Assembly: GCA_943359335.1 (NCBI GenBank)
Contig: CALRHC010000004.1
Location: 1-58,156, forward strand
DNA from: Candidatus Yanofskybacteria bacterium
GTDB taxonomy: Bacteria > Patescibacteriota > Minisyncoccia > JACQLN01
Direction of reading: 5' to 3'
Length of the DNA: 58,156 nt
Positions 57,937 through 58,156 of the stretch are shown here, piece after piece; position 1 is the first letter of the stretch; each line of letters begins with the position of its first letter. Under the pieces are notes generated by a model. It ran no database searches and was not told where the DNA came from. It worked only from the letters and a program-made list of their open reading frames with translations. A program made the position numbers and the translations under genes.

Positions 57937-58156
57937 TTATCGTAAATCTGCCTTAAATTGGGATGCTGTTTCTTGATAAATTTTAGTTTGAATTGGATCT
58001 ACTTCTTCCGTGGTGAGTGTTCTTTCGTTAGAACGGTAAACAATGCGGTATGTATAGCTAATTTTATCTGTACCGAATTTATCGGCGTTTTCGTATTTAT
58101 CTAAAAGCTCAACCTCTTCAACCAGATCGCCTCCAATATCGCGACTTAAATCGAAA
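57937..58156 (-). CDS. Partial phenylalanyl-tRNA synthetase: C-terminal ferredoxin-fold anticodon-binding domain
   Basis: Manual translation FDLSRDIGGDLVEEVELLDKYENADKFGTDKISYTYRIVYRSNERTLTTEEV...LR*. Confidence 0.82.
   Translation of the reverse strand, partial: FDLSRDIGGDLVEEVELLDKYENADKFGTDKISYTYRIVYRSNERTLTTEEVDPIQTKIYQETASQFKADLR

Overview
AT-rich bacterial chromosome segment, most likely Patescibacteria/CPR (Parcubacteria-like), inferred from the divergent 16S, the intron-bearing 23S, gene content and repeat types. It holds core genes (rplL, rplJ, rpoC, rpoB, rodA-like, trmD, murA, khpA, rpsP, smc-like, rnc, nusB, rpmF, dnaE, thrS, miaA, gatB, rplK, nusG, secE, gyrB, PheRS C-terminus) and a dTTP-supply cluster (dcd-tmk-thyX). 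The rRNA locus is split: 16S and 23S-5S each have their own promoter and are separated by 8 tRNAs. The 23S carries a group I intron at site L2593 with a LAGLIDADG gene, plus two hairpin insertions. The strongest unexplained pattern is two classes of gene. Housekeeping genes mostly lack Shine-Dalgarno (SD) sites and the 16S anti-SD is altered (CACUUCUUA). In contrast, about 11 orphan or accessory units share a leader with an rrn-boxA-like motif and a strong AGGAG(G), often with a sigma70 promoter and their own terminator. There are also several small repeat families: a 68-bp MITE-like element beside -35 boxes, palindromes inserted in frame in trmD and dnaE, elements that duplicate tRNA 3' ends, and 7-bp periodic repeats that enter genes and rRNA. 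All calls were made by eye; no searches were run.
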